Shown one piece after another: positions 1 through 7,740 of a stretch of 23,313 nucleotides of DNA. The notes below the pieces were generated by a model, which saw only the letters and a list, made by a program, of their open reading frames with translations, did not search any database and had not been told where the DNA came from. Every line of letters starts with the position of its first letter. Positions within the stretch are counted from its first letter, which is position 1. The stretch lies in IMG/VR virus record IMGVR_UViG_2602041905_000003; one strand, 5' to 3'. The stretch is from a virus. Taxonomy: Duplodnaviria; Heunggongvirae; Uroviricota; Caudoviricetes. A program made the position numbers and the translations under genes.

Positions 1-1
1 G

Positions 2-868
2 CAGTATCTGTTTAATCCACCGTGGGAATCTCTGGCAGATAAATTCCAGTTCCGTGAGGCAGAGTTGACGCTGGTCAATGGTGTGAACGGTCACGGAAAA
101 ACGGAGGTTGTCGGGCATATGGCACTTGAGGCAATGCGTCAGGGTGTGAAGACGTGCATCGCGTCACTTGAGCTGAAGCCAGGCATTCTCCTTAAGCGAC
201 TTACCCGTCAGGCGACGTGCTGCAAGATGCCGCCAGTGCTGGAAATTGACTCTGCATTTAAATTTTATGACGAAAGACTTTGGGTGTTTGGCCTGACCGG
301 AACGGCGAAAGCCGACAGGCTGATCGAAATATTCGACTACGCTCGCCGCCGATACGGGATCCAGTTATTCATCATCGACAGCCTGATGAAATGTGGCATA
401 GGCGACGATGACTATAACGGGCAGAAGGCGTTTGTTGACTCGATTTGCGACTTCAAAAACAAAACAAACTCCCACGTCATTCTCGTTACTCACTCGCGAA
501 AAGGAGACAGCGAAGAAAAACCAACCGGGAAAATGGACGTAAAAGGCTCTGGAGCGATAACAGACCTGACAGACAACCTTTTCATCATCTGGCGTAACAA
601 GGCTCGCGAGAGAGCGTTACAGAGAGTTCAGAGTGGTGAAAAGATGTCAGAGAAGGACGAACAGCTACTGGCATCTCCGGCATCTGTTTTGATGCTTGAA
701 AAACAACGTAACGGCGAAGGTTGGGAAGGTGGTGTCCCGTTGTTCCTTGACGAGCAATCGCACCAGTTCCTGCAACTTGAATCAGGATCGCCATATAGCT
801 ACATCGCCAATATGCCGAAATCGGAATATGACGAGGCGTGGCGACAGGAAAACGTGACGGAGTATTAA
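2..868 (+). CDS. Replicative DNA helicase, DnaB-family RecA-like C-terminal domain (5' partial; true start upstream of window)
   Basis: Frame is open from nt 2 with no stop; the track's TTG at 65 is internal. Walker A-like GVNGHGKT and Walker B-like hydrophobic run ending in D (LFIIDSL) in the translation. Position upstream of the nin region matches the replication module of lambdoid phages. Stop TAA 866-868. Confidence 0.7.
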   Translation, partial: QYLFNPPWESLADKFQFREAELTLVNGVNGHGKTEVVGHMALEAMRQGVKTCIASLELKPGILLKRLTRQATCCKMPPVLEIDSAFKFYDERLWVFGLTGTAKADRLIEIFDYARRRYGIQLFIIDSLMKCGIGDDDYNGQKAFVDSICDFKNKTNSHVILVTHSRKGDSEEKPTGKMDVKGSGAITDLTDNLFIIWRNKARERALQRVQSGEKMSEKDEQLLASPASVLMLEKQRNGEGWEGGVPLFLDEQSHQFLQLESGSPYSYIANMPKSEYDEAWRQENVTEY

Positions 869-897
869 ATGACCATCTACATCAGTGAGCTTGTAAC

Positions 898-929
898 AGG
901 CCTGCTGGTAATCGCAGGCCTTTTTATTT
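898..929 (+). terminator. Rho-independent terminator, tR2-like (between replication genes and nin region)
   Basis: Perfect 8-bp inverted repeat aggcctgc (898-905) / gcaggcct (914-921) with 8-nt loop, followed by tttttattt. In lambda, tR2 lies between P and the nin genes. Confidence 0.6.
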
Positions 930-944
930 GGGGGAGAGTAAATC

Positions 945-1151
945 GTGGCTGAGTTAATTTTCTCTGCATTGAGGATTCTCGGTGCTATGTGGATGGTGTC
1001 GACGTTCATTGTGGTTGTCGGAAGTTTTGTCCGGTTGGTAGGCGAAGGTAAAGACCTGGTGGGTGTGCTTTTCGGTAGCATTTTCCTGTGGGTGATTATC
1101 GGTGTTATGCCTGTTGTCGTTGCAAAAGTGGCGTGGCGTTTTGTGAGTTGA
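945..1151 (+). CDS. Small membrane protein, two predicted transmembrane helices, unknown function
   Basis: 68-aa ORF with GTG start preceded by GGGGGAGAG Shine-Dalgarno at ~6 nt; translation is dominated by two hydrophobic stretches (MWMVSTFIVVVGSFV and VLFGSIFLWVIIGVMPVVV). Confidence 0.5.
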   Translation: MAELIFSALRILGAMWMVSTFIVVVGSFVRLVGEGKDLVGVLFGSIFLWVIIGVMPVVVAKVAWRFVS

Positions 1152-1168
1152 ACTGAGGGTAAGTACCG

Positions 1169-1525
1169 ATGGACGAATCAAGAAAGAAGTTTGAGGAATA
1201 CGTTGCCAAAAAATTGAGATTACCATTCGAGATGATAACCGAGGCAAGAAATGGTGATAGGTACTTCGCATTTTCAAGCATGGATATTCGTCACTCCTTA
1301 AATGAGTGGTGGACTTTATGGCAGGCATCGCGAGCAGCTATTGAACTGGATATCGACTGGCCAGAATCGAATGACGACTTTTGGAAAGATGGTGAAGAAG
1401 GTGCTTATGCGATGGGTTATGAGGATGGGCGTGACAAAACGGTAATTGCAGTAATGAAAGCTATCAGAGCCGCTGGAATTAAAGAGAAGAATTTCGATGA
1501 AGCAAACAATATTCCTCCGAACTAA
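1169..1525 (+). CDS. Hypothetical nin-region protein (118 aa)
   Basis: ORF with ATG start and upstream GAGGGT; overlaps ninB start by 29 nt, typical of compact phage operons. No family recognised. Confidence 0.55.
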   Translation: MDESRKKFEEYVAKKLRLPFEMITEARNGDRYFAFSSMDIRHSLNEWWTLWQASRAAIELDIDWPESNDDFWKDGEEGAYAMGYEDGRDKTVIAVMKAIRAAGIKEKNFDEANNIPPN

Positions 1526-1907
1526 GCAACAACAGCAAGCCGCAATCAACGCCATCCTCGCAACACCACTCGATAAAGACAAGCCAGTCACCATCCGCAT
1601 TACTGACTACAAGCGCAACCTTGACCAGAACGCAAAATTTCACGCGATGCTGGCGGATATCGCTCGTCAGGTTCAATGGTGCGATAAATGGCTAAAACCA
1701 GAACAATGGAAGGTTTTGTTGATCAGCGGTCATGCAGTGGCAACAAAACAGGAAGCTGATGTTTTGCCCGGGCTTGAAGGCGAATACGTCAACATTCGCG
1801 AAAGTAGCGCGCAGATGAGTGTGAAGCGTATGGCAAGTCTGATTGAGTACACGACAGCATGGGCTATTGGTCAGGGTGTCAGATTTACCGACAGGAGGTA
1901 CGAATGA
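1497..1907 (+). CDS. ninB: NinB (Orf-family recombination mediator)
   Basis: 136-aa translation aligns along its length with my recollection of lambda NinB (DQN motif, MKxx...Q..AI start, similar length). Stop TGA overlaps the next start (ATGA). Confidence 0.9.
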   Translation: MKQTIFLRTKQQQQAAINAILATPLDKDKPVTIRITDYKRNLDQNAKFHAMLADIARQVQWCDKWLKPEQWKVLLISGHAVATKQEADVLPGLEGEYVNIRESSAQMSVKRMASLIEYTTAWAIGQGVRFTDRRYE

Positions 1908-2086
1908 GACGACAGCGACGAAGCATCACCGACATCATCTGCGAAAACTGCAAATACCTTCCAACGAAACGCTCCAGAAATAAACGTAAGCCAATCCCAA
2001 AAGAATCTGACGTAAAAACCTTCAATTACACAGCTCACCTGTGGGATATCCGGTGGCTTAGAGAACGTGCGAGGAAAACAAGGTGA
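1904..2086 (+). CDS. ninE: NinE
   Basis: ATG at 1904 preceded by AGGAGG; 60-aa product [32 protein letters not shown]... matches remembered NinE. The track ORF 1859-2086 is an upstream in-frame extension. Confidence 0.8.
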   Translation: MRRQRRSITDIICENCKYLPTKRSRNKRKPIPKESDVKTFNYTAHLWDIRWLRERARKTR

Positions 2087-2253
2087 TTGACCCAAATCGA
2101 AGTTACGAACAAGAAAGCGTCGAGCGGGCTTTAACGTGCGCTAACTGCGGTCAGAAGCTGCATGTGCTGGAAGTTCACATGTGTGAGCACTGCTGCGCAG
2201 AACTGATGAGCGATCCGAATAGCTCAATGTACGAGGAAGAAGACGATGAGTGA
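2083..2253 (+). CDS. ninF: NinF (small Cys-rich protein)
   Basis: Not in the ORF track (under 60 aa). GTG at 2083 overlaps the ninE stop (GTGA); 56-aa translation [56 protein letters not shown] closely matches remembered lambda NinF. Confidence 0.8.
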   Translation: MIDPNRSYEQESVERALTCANCGQKLHVLEVHMCEHCCAELMSDPNSSMYEEEDDE

Positions 2254-2515
2254 TTTCTCTGAGCTTATTTCCTTCAAAAAAGACAGAGAAGAAATGCGGA
2301 CTGAATCTGTCTATTACGTTCAACACCGGAATAAACGCTCGGTGCTTGATCAGGAGTTGGTTATTACCGGAGACCTGGCATTCAGAACATATAAGGCCAG
2401 CATGGAAATGAAGGATTTCCCTAAATGTGGTTCTGAAAGAGAAGCCGCGTTAAAGCTGGCTGAGTGGATGCAGAGAATGGCTGCTGCAATTGAGAATTAC
2501 TGGAGCGAACCATAA
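2246..2515 (+). CDS. Hypothetical nin-region protein (89 aa)
   Basis: ATG overlaps ninF 3' end; stop TAA 2513-2515 overlaps the next ATG. No family recognised. Confidence 0.6.
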   Translation: MSDFSELISFKKDREEMRTESVYYVQHRNKRSVLDQELVITGDLAFRTYKASMEMKDFPKCGSEREAALKLAEWMQRMAAAIENYWSEP

Positions 2516-2803
2516 TGGCTAACCTACGCAAAGAAGCACGCGGCAGAGAATGCTAGGTACGTATTTACGGCATATGCAATGGCAATCCTGAAACTACAGT
2601 TCTGGCACATTACCGGATGGCTGGAATTTGCGGAACTGGAANNNNNNNNNNACCTGATCGGCGCATGGGCTTGTAGTGACTGCCACGCGGAGATCGACCG
2701 ACGCACCCGGATTCTCGACAACAAAGACGCCAGACTTTACCACCTCGAAGGCGTGATCAGGACGCAGGCGATACTGCTGAGGGAGGGGAAGATTAAGCCA
2801 TGA
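2515..2803 (+). pseudogene. ybcO: YbcO-like (DUF1364) nin-region protein, interrupted by in-frame TAG at 2554-2556 and by a 10-N assembly gap
   Basis: N-terminal MANLRKEARGREC*VRIYGICNGNPETTVLAH... and, after the N-run, ...CSDCHAEIDRRTRILDNKDARLYHLEGVIRTQAILLREGKIKP resemble the DLP12 YbcO family. The apparent frame change across 2642-2651 is explained by unknown true gap length. TAG sits where a Gln codon (CAG) is expected. Confidence 0.6.
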
Positions 2804-3162
2804 ACGAATATCAGTTTGTGCTTCCATACCCGCCGTCGGTGAATACCTACTGGCGAAGACGGGGAAGCCAATACTACATCAGCGATAAAGGCCAGAAATA
2901 CCGAAAAGACGTTCAGCAAATCATCCGCCAACTTAAGTTAGACATTTTCACCAAATCACGACTCCGCATCAAAGTCATCGTAGACGTTCCGGACTCCCGC
3001 CGTCGCGACCTCGACAACATCCTGAAAGGTTTACTCGACTCCCTTATCCACGCCGGATTTGCGGAAGACGACGAGCAATTCGATGACATTCGCGTAATTC
3101 GTGGCGTGAAAGTACCAGGCGGAAGGCTTGGAATAAAAATCACCGAACTGGAGAACGCATGA
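2800..3162 (+). CDS. rusA: RusA Holliday-junction resolvase
   Basis: 120-aa translation aligns with remembered E. coli RusA (LPYPPSVN...YW, RRRDLDN, GGRL...TE). ATG overlaps the upstream stop (ATGA). Confidence 0.9.
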   Translation: MNEYQFVLPYPPSVNTYWRRRGSQYYISDKGQKYRKDVQQIIRQLKLDIFTKSRLRIKVIVDVPDSRRRDLDNILKGLLDSLIHAGFAEDDEQFDDIRVIRGVKVPGGRLGIKITELENA

Positions 3163-3347
3163 ACGCCACAATTCAAACGATACCAGAGCTTCTTATCCAG
3201 ACACGAGGCAATCAGACCGAAGTGGCAAGGATGCTTTCCTGCGCAAGAGGAACAGTGCTCAAGTACAACCGAGACAGCAAAGGCGAGCGTCACGTAATAG
3301 TTAACGGCGTCCTGATGGTCAAACAGGGCAAAAGGGGAAGGCCATGA
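3159..3347 (+). CDS. ninH: NinH-like small DNA-binding protein
   Basis: 62-aa translation ...GNQTEVARMLSCARGTVLKYNRD...VIVNGVLMV matches remembered lambda NinH (GNQTEVARRL.CSRGTVRKY). Overlapping start/stop with neighbours. Confidence 0.75.
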   Translation: MNATIQTIPELLIQTRGNQTEVARMLSCARGTVLKYNRDSKGERHVIVNGVLMVKQGKRGRP

Positions 3348-3967
3348 GACTCGAAAGCGCAGCTAAATTTCATTCGCCAAAAAGCCCGATGATGAGCGAC
3401 TCACCACGGGCTACGGCTTCTGACTCTCTTTCCGGTACTGATGTGATGGCTGCTATGGGGATGGCGCAATCACAAGCCGGATTCGGAATGGCTGCATTCT
3501 GTGGTAAGCACGAACTCAGCCAGAACGACAAACAAAAGGCTATCAACTATCTGATGCAATTTGCACACAAGGTATCGGGGAAATACCGTGGCGTTGCAAA
3601 GCTTGAAGGAAATACTAAGGCAAAGGTACTGCAAGTGCTCGCAACATTCGCTTATGCGGATTATTGCCGTAGTGCCGCGACGCCGGGCGCAAGATGCAGA
3701 GATTGCCACGGTACAGGCCGTGCGGTTGATATAGCCAAAACAGAGCAGTGGGGGAGAGTTGTTGAGAAAGAGTGCGGAAGATGCAAAGGTGTCGGCTATT
3801 CAAGAATGCCAGCAAGCGCCGCATATCGCGCTGTAACGATGCTAATCCCAAACCTTACTCAACCCACCTGGTCACGCACTGTTAAGCCGCTGTATGACGC
3901 TCTGGTGGTGCAATGCCACAAAGAAGAGTCAATCGCAGACAACATTTTGAATGCGGTCACACGTTAA
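3344..3967 (+). CDS. Q: Late-gene antiterminator Q (lambda Q type)
   Basis: 207-aa translation appears nearly identical to remembered lambda Q, including the zinc-binding Cys pairs (CRDCHG...CGRCKG). ATG overlaps ninH stop. Confidence 0.95.
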   Translation: MRLESAAKFHSPKSPMMSDSPRATASDSLSGTDVMAAMGMAQSQAGFGMAAFCGKHELSQNDKQKAINYLMQFAHKVSGKYRGVAKLEGNTKAKVLQVLATFAYADYCRSAATPGARCRDCHGTGRAVDIAKTEQWGRVVEKECGRCKGVGYSRMPASAAYRAVTMLIPNLTQPTWSRTVKPLYDALVVQCHKEESIADNILNAVTR

Positions 3968-4009
3968 CAGCATGATTGCCACGGATGGCAACATATTAAC
4001 GGCATAATA

Positions 4010-4038
4010 TTGACTTTTTGAATAAAGTTGGGTAAATT
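4010..4038 (+). promoter_or_regulatory. Late promoter pR' with overlapping qut region
   Basis: TTGACT (4010-4015), 17-bp spacer, TAAATT (4033-4038), directly downstream of Q; predicted start about 4045. About 190 nt upstream of the tR'-like terminator, as for the lambda 6S transcript. Confidence 0.7.
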
Positions 4039-4178
4039 TGACCCAACGATGGGTTAATTCGCTCGTTGTGGTAGTGAGATGAAAAGAGGCGGCGCTTACT
4101 ACCGATTCCGCCTAGTTGGTCACTTCGACGTATCGTCTGGAACTCCAACCATCGCAGGCTGAGAGGTCTGCAAAATGC

Positions 4179-4240
4179 AATCCCGAAACAGTTCGCAGGT
4201 AATAGTTAGAGCCTGCACAACGGTTTCGGGATTTTTTATT
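4179..4240 (+). terminator. tR'-like intrinsic terminator (end of 6S-like leader transcript)
   Basis: 11-bp perfect inverted repeat aatcccgaaac (4179-4189) / gtttcgggatt (4223-4233) enclosing a smaller hairpin, followed by a T-run (4232-4240). Confidence 0.7.
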
Positions 4241-4241
4241 T

Positions 4242-4316
4242 GGGTCAGTCGTATAAAGGTCATTACGGAAGGCTGTTAACCTTCTTATCGTGGTTCGAGT
4301 CCACGCTGTCCCGCCA
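4242..4316 (+). tRNA. tRNA-Asn (anticodon GUU), with atypical D-arm and acceptor stem
   Basis: Hand-folded: anticodon stem gaagg/ccttc, loop cTGTTaa (GTT); T-arm cgtgg-TTCGAGT-ccacg; acceptor gggtcag/ctgtccc with one U.U mismatch; discriminator G; CCA encoded. D-stem is only 3-4 bp. Needs tRNAscan-SE. Confidence 0.5.
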
Positions 4317-4321
4317 AATAT

Positions 4322-4397
4322 GCTGGTTTAGCTCCAATGGTAGAGCGGTCGCCTTGTAAGCGAATGGGTAGCGGTTCAAGTCCGTTAACCAGCACCA
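4322..4397 (+). tRNA. tRNA-Thr (anticodon UGU)
   Basis: Hand-folded cloverleaf: acceptor gctggtt/aaccagc, U8-A9, D-arm gctc-caatggta-gagc, anticodon stem gtcgc/gcga(a) with loop cTTGTaa (TGT), T-arm agcgg-TTCAAGT-ccgtt, discriminator A, CCA encoded. Confidence 0.7.
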
Positions 4398-4639
4398 TAA
4401 CTGAGCCGTAGCCACTGGCTATCCTGAACTCATCAGTGATAGTTACGCTGCGGCCTTCTACACATGACCTTCGTGAAAGCGGGTGGCAAGAGGCTGCGCT
4501 AACAACCTCCTGCCGTTTTGCCCGTGCATATCGGTCACGAACAAATCTGATTACTAAACACAGTAGCCTGGATTTGTTCTATCAGTAATAGACCTTATTC
4601 CTAATTAAATAGAGCAAATCCCCTTATTGGGGGTAAGAC

Positions 4640-4963
4640 ATGAAGATGCCAGAAAAACATGACCTGTTAGCCGCCATTCTCGCGGCAAAGGAACAAGGCA
4701 TCGGGGCAATCCTTGCGTTTGCAATGGCGTACCTTCGCGGCAGATATAATGGCGGTGCGTTTACAAAAACAGTAATCGACGCAACGATGTGCGCCATTAT
4801 CGCCTGGTTCATTCGTGACCTTCTCGACTTCGCCGGACTAAGTAGCAATCTCGCTTATATAACGAGCGTGTTCATCGGCTACATCGGTACTGACTCGATT
4901 GGTTCGCTTATCAAACGCTTCGCTGCTAAAAAAGCCGGAGTAGAAGATGGTGGAAATCAATAA
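4640..4963 (+). CDS. S: Holin S (class I, lambda type) with dual-start motif (antiholin from Met1 at 4640, holin from Met3 at 4646)
   Basis: 107-aa translation [34 protein letters not shown]... matches remembered lambda S; three hydrophobic segments; Met-Lys-Met start. Confidence 0.95.
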   Translation: MKMPEKHDLLAAILAAKEQGIGAILAFAMAYLRGRYNGGAFTKTVIDATMCAIIAWFIRDLLDFAGLSSNLAYITSVFIGYIGTDSIGSLIKRFAAKKAGVEDGGNQ

Positions 4964-5423
4964 TCAACGTAAGGCGTTCCTCGATATGCTGGCGTGGTCA
5001 GAAGGAACAGATAACGGACGGCAGAAAACCAGAAATCACGGTTATGACGTCATTGTAGGCGGAGAGCTATTCACTGATTACTCCGATCACCCTCGCAAAC
5101 TTGTCACGCTAAACCCCAAACTCAAATCAACAGCAGCCGGACGTTACCAGCTTCTTTCCCGTTGGTGGGATGCCTATCGTAAGCAGCTTGGCCTGAAAGA
5201 CTTCTCTCCCAAAAGCCAGGACGCTGTTGCGCTGCAGCAGATTAAGGAACGTGGCGCTTTGCCGATGATTGATCGCGGTGATATCCGTCAGGCTATCGAC
5301 CGTTGCAGCAACATCTGGGCTTCACTGCCGGGGGCTGGTTATGGTCAGTTCGAGCATAAGGCTGACAGCCTGATTGCAAAATTCAAAGAGGCTGGCGGAA
5401 CGGTCAGAGAGATTGAGGTATGA
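4947..5423 (+). CDS. R: Endolysin R (lytic transglycosylase, lambda type)
   Basis: 158-aa translation [26 protein letters not shown]... matches remembered lambda R; start overlaps 3' end of S. Confidence 0.95.
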   Translation: MVEINNQRKAFLDMLAWSEGTDNGRQKTRNHGYDVIVGGELFTDYSDHPRKLVTLNPKLKSTAAGRYQLLSRWWDAYRKQLGLKDFSPKSQDAVALQQIKERGALPMIDRGDIRQAIDRCSNIWASLPGAGYGQFEHKADSLIAKFKEAGGTVREIEV

Positions 5424-5887
5424 GCAGAGTCACCGCGATTATCTCTGCTCTGGTTATCTGCATCATCGTCTGCCTGTCATGGGCTGTTAATCATTACCGT
5501 GATAACGCCATCGCCTACAAAGAACAGCGTGATAAAAAAGTCAGTGAGCTGAAGCAGGCGGCCGCCACCATTACTGACATGCAGCGACGCCAGCGTGCTG
5601 CTGATGCACTCGATGCTAAATACACGAAGGAGTTAGCTGATGCGAAAGCTGAAAATGATGCTCTTCGGCGCAAGCTTGATAATGGTGGCAGGGTGCTCGT
5701 CAAAGGAAAATGCCCTGTGCCATCCTCAGCCGAAACCTCCGGCGCCTCCGGCATGGGCAATGATGCCACCGTCGAACTCTCTCCAGTTGCTGGACGAAAC
5801 GTTCTCGGTGTCCGGGACGGAATTATCCGCGACCAAACAGCACTGAGAACGCTTCAGGAATACATCAGGACGCAATGCCTTCGATGA
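5420..5887 (+). CDS. Rz: Spanin inner-membrane subunit Rz (i-spanin)
   Basis: N-terminal TM segment ([18 protein letters not shown]) followed by charged coiled-coil-like region; ATG overlaps R stop (ATGA); N-terminal half resembles lambda Rz. Confidence 0.9.
   Translation: MSRVTAIISALVICIIVCLSWAVNHYRDNAIAYKEQRDKKVSELKQAAATITDMQRRQRAADALDAKYTKELADAKAENDALRRKLDNGGRVLVKGKCPVPSSAETSGASGMGNDATVELSPVAGRNVLGVRDGIIRDQTALRTLQEYIRTQCLR
5640..5846 (+). CDS. Rz1: Spanin outer-membrane lipoprotein Rz1 (o-spanin), embedded in +1 frame within Rz
   Basis: Lipoprotein signal with lipobox (LIMVAGC), Pro-rich mature region ([11 protein letters not shown]), entirely inside Rz in another frame, AAGGAG Shine-Dalgarno 8 nt upstream of ATG. 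Confidence 0.8.
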   Translation: MRKLKMMLFGASLIMVAGCSSKENALCHPQPKPPAPPAWAMMPPSNSLQLLDETFSVSGTELSATKQH

Positions 5888-6062
5888 TAGCGATAATTTT
5901 ACTCATCATCCTTCACATCTGGCTCTGTAGACAGGGTGATGATCACTTCTGGAGTGAATCCAGATTAAACATCTCATTGCTGATGCTTGATATTGAGCAT
6001 CTTGCGCGCAGTAAGGGGCTGCGTTGAGATAAGAGCCAGTTCATTACAAATACCAGGATTTA

Positions 6063-6087
6063 GCCTCGCATTCGCGGGGCTTTTTAT
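6063..6087 (+). terminator. Candidate intrinsic terminator downstream of lysis cassette
   Basis: 7-bp stem gcctcgc/gcggggc (one G.U) with attc loop followed by ttttta. Confidence 0.45.
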
Positions 6088-6229
6088 ATCTGAATTTCAC
6101 AGCGCATCTCACGCGCATATTAACGAGAGCCTTTCAGTAAGCGAGCCTGAGAAATGCCGTTATAGGTGGCGACCTCTCTCGGGCGGCTTTTCTGTGAGAC
6201 AGGCTCACTTTCTAAAAGGTAAAGACGCT

Positions 6230-6754
6230 ATGAATAATCATTCAGTTATTCCAGCCTTCGACTTCCGAGAAATGGTGCAAGCCAAAAACGGAGAGGTCGT
6301 TACCACATCCAGAAAAATTGCCAAGTACTTCGGCAAGCGACACGGTGATGTTCTCAGGAAAATCGAGCAGGTTAAGGCTGATTGCTCGCGTGAGTTTAGC
6401 CAACGCAATTTTGCGTCGGCTGATTATATCGATGAGCAGGGCAAGGTTCGCCCGATGTACAGCCTGACGAAAGATGGCTGGATCATGGTTGTGATGGGGT
6501 TCACCGGGAAAGCTGCTGCGGCAATCAAGGAGAGCTATATCGCAGCATTCAACTGGATGGCAGAGCAACTGAGCCGCCGCATGGCAATTGGCGAAGAAAT
6601 GCAGCACCGCTACGCCATCAAAGAAACACGCTCAAAGCTGAAAGGTACGATCGGCAGTCGGTTAATGAACGAACGGAAGAAAGAGAAGCGTGTCCTGGCT
6701 GTCGAGCATGAATACATCTTGCAGGTGACACAGCCTGAACTGCTGATTAATTGA
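6230..6754 (+). CDS. rha: Rha-family phage regulatory protein
   Basis: Translation from ATG 6230 (MNNHSVIPAFDFREMVQAKNGEVVTTSRKIAKYFGKRHGDVLRKIEQ...) has the pattern I associate with the Phage_pRha N-terminal domain. The track ORF from 5987 is an upstream in-frame extension without convincing coding character. Confidence 0.65.
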   Translation: MNNHSVIPAFDFREMVQAKNGEVVTTSRKIAKYFGKRHGDVLRKIEQVKADCSREFSQRNFASADYIDEQGKVRPMYSLTKDGWIMVVMGFTGKAAAAIKESYIAAFNWMAEQLSRRMAIGEEMQHRYAIKETRSKLKGTIGSRLMNERKKEKRVLAVEHEYILQVTQPELLIN

Positions 6755-7054
6755 AGATGTCATTACAAAGCCTATCTACGGGTGGGCTTGATAATGAAAC
6801 CGGAGTTAATTTCTGGTCACTAATTAACGGCAGTACAGCGAAACAACCCAAGCCAGTAAGTGGGGAAATAACACTGGCAGCCACTGAAAGATGAACCTCC
6901 TGCCTTATGGCAAAAAAGATTCTTTGTGGTGGCGGACTGATGGAAAGACATCGGTTATTGCAGAGACCATTCAATGAGTGGTCTCGACAATGGCTTATAC
7001 CCTACACGGGATAACTTAACTGATATCCCTTTTAACGGATAAACGGAGCCAACA

Positions 7055-7297
7055 ATGGCAGAGATTATTCCCATGACTGAAGAACAGAAATTCCAGTTAG
7101 AGATTTACAAGCTGGTCATGAACCAGAACGCAGCCGCAGAAGAAGCATTTCAATTCATCGGCACTGACGAGTTGAAGCTTGAGCTATTCAAAATTCACTT
7201 CCAGTCAGGCGGCGCTAATTCAGATATCACTACCCGCACTATCGAAGCGGTGCGTAAATCGAAGGAAGCGTTATACCTGTTCACCACCGGAGCATAA
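7055..7297 (+). CDS. Hypothetical protein (80 aa) upstream of terminase
   Basis: ORF with GGAG-like motif upstream, same strand and tight spacing to the small terminase gene. No family recognised. Confidence 0.5.
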   Translation: MAEIIPMTEEQKFQLEIYKLVMNQNAAAEEAFQFIGTDELKLELFKIHFQSGGANSDITTRTIEAVRKSKEALYLFTTGA

Positions 7298-7299
7298 AC

Positions 7300-7740
7300 A
7301 TGGCGCGCCCAACAAAGTATCAAGAGGCGTATGCCGAACAGGCACGCAAACTGTGCTTGCTGGGCTACACCGATGCAGAGCTTGCTGATTTCTTCGAAGT
7401 CAGTGAGTCAACTATTAACAAGTGGAAGCTTGATTATCCTGAGTTTTCGGAGTCCATAAAAAAGGGTAAGGCCGTCGCTGATGCAGAAGTTAGTGACCGT
7501 CTTTATCAACGCGCTATGGGCTTCGTGGCTCCAGACATCGATATTCGTGTTATTGAAAACAGAATTGTCGAAACTCCGCTTGAGAAGTATTACCCGCCTG
7601 ATACAACTGCCGCCATCTTCTGGCTTAAGAACCGACAGAAGGATAAATGGCGCGACAAGGTTGATCACGAGCTAACAGGCAAAGACGGCGGCGCAATTCA
7701 GATTGAAACATCACCGATGAGCACTCTGTTCGGAAAATGA
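7300..7740 (+). CDS. Terminase small subunit (Sf6 gp1-like)
   Basis: 146 aa; position directly upstream of and overlapping the large terminase start; C-terminal ...GKDGGAIQIETSPMSTLFGK matches my recollection of the Sf6-type small terminase; helix-rich N-terminal region. Confidence 0.75.
   Translation: MARPTKYQEAYAEQARKLCLLGYTDAELADFFEVSESTINKWKLDYPEFSESIKKGKAVADAEVSDRLYQRAMGFVAPDIDIRVIENRIVETPLEKYYPPDTTAAIFWLKNRQKDKWRDKVDHELTGKDGGAIQIETSPMSTLFGK

Noticed and set aside
1859-1903. Upstream extension of the ninE ORF (track start 1859)
   Set aside because: It lies inside ninB; the AGGAGG-preceded ATG at 1904 gives the expected 60-aa NinE.
3470-3851. Two - strand ORFs (79 and 78 aa) inside Q
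   Set aside because: Antisense to the Q gene, whose translation matches lambda Q along its full length.
5888-6060. Possible bor-like lipoprotein gene on the - strand after Rz, as in lambda
   Set aside because: No - strand ORF of adequate length exists here; the region instead contains a terminator-like hairpin.
5987-6229. N-terminal 81-codon extension of the Rha ORF in the six-frame track
   Set aside because: The extension spans the lysis-operon terminator region and has no start-site signals. The Rha-domain similarity begins at the ATG at 6230, which has an upstream AG-rich motif.
6747-6974. 75-aa - strand ORF between rha and the terminase module
   Set aside because: No ribosome-binding site, low-complexity translation, located in an intergenic region containing a hairpin (gagacca...tggtctc around 6961-6988); more likely non-coding.
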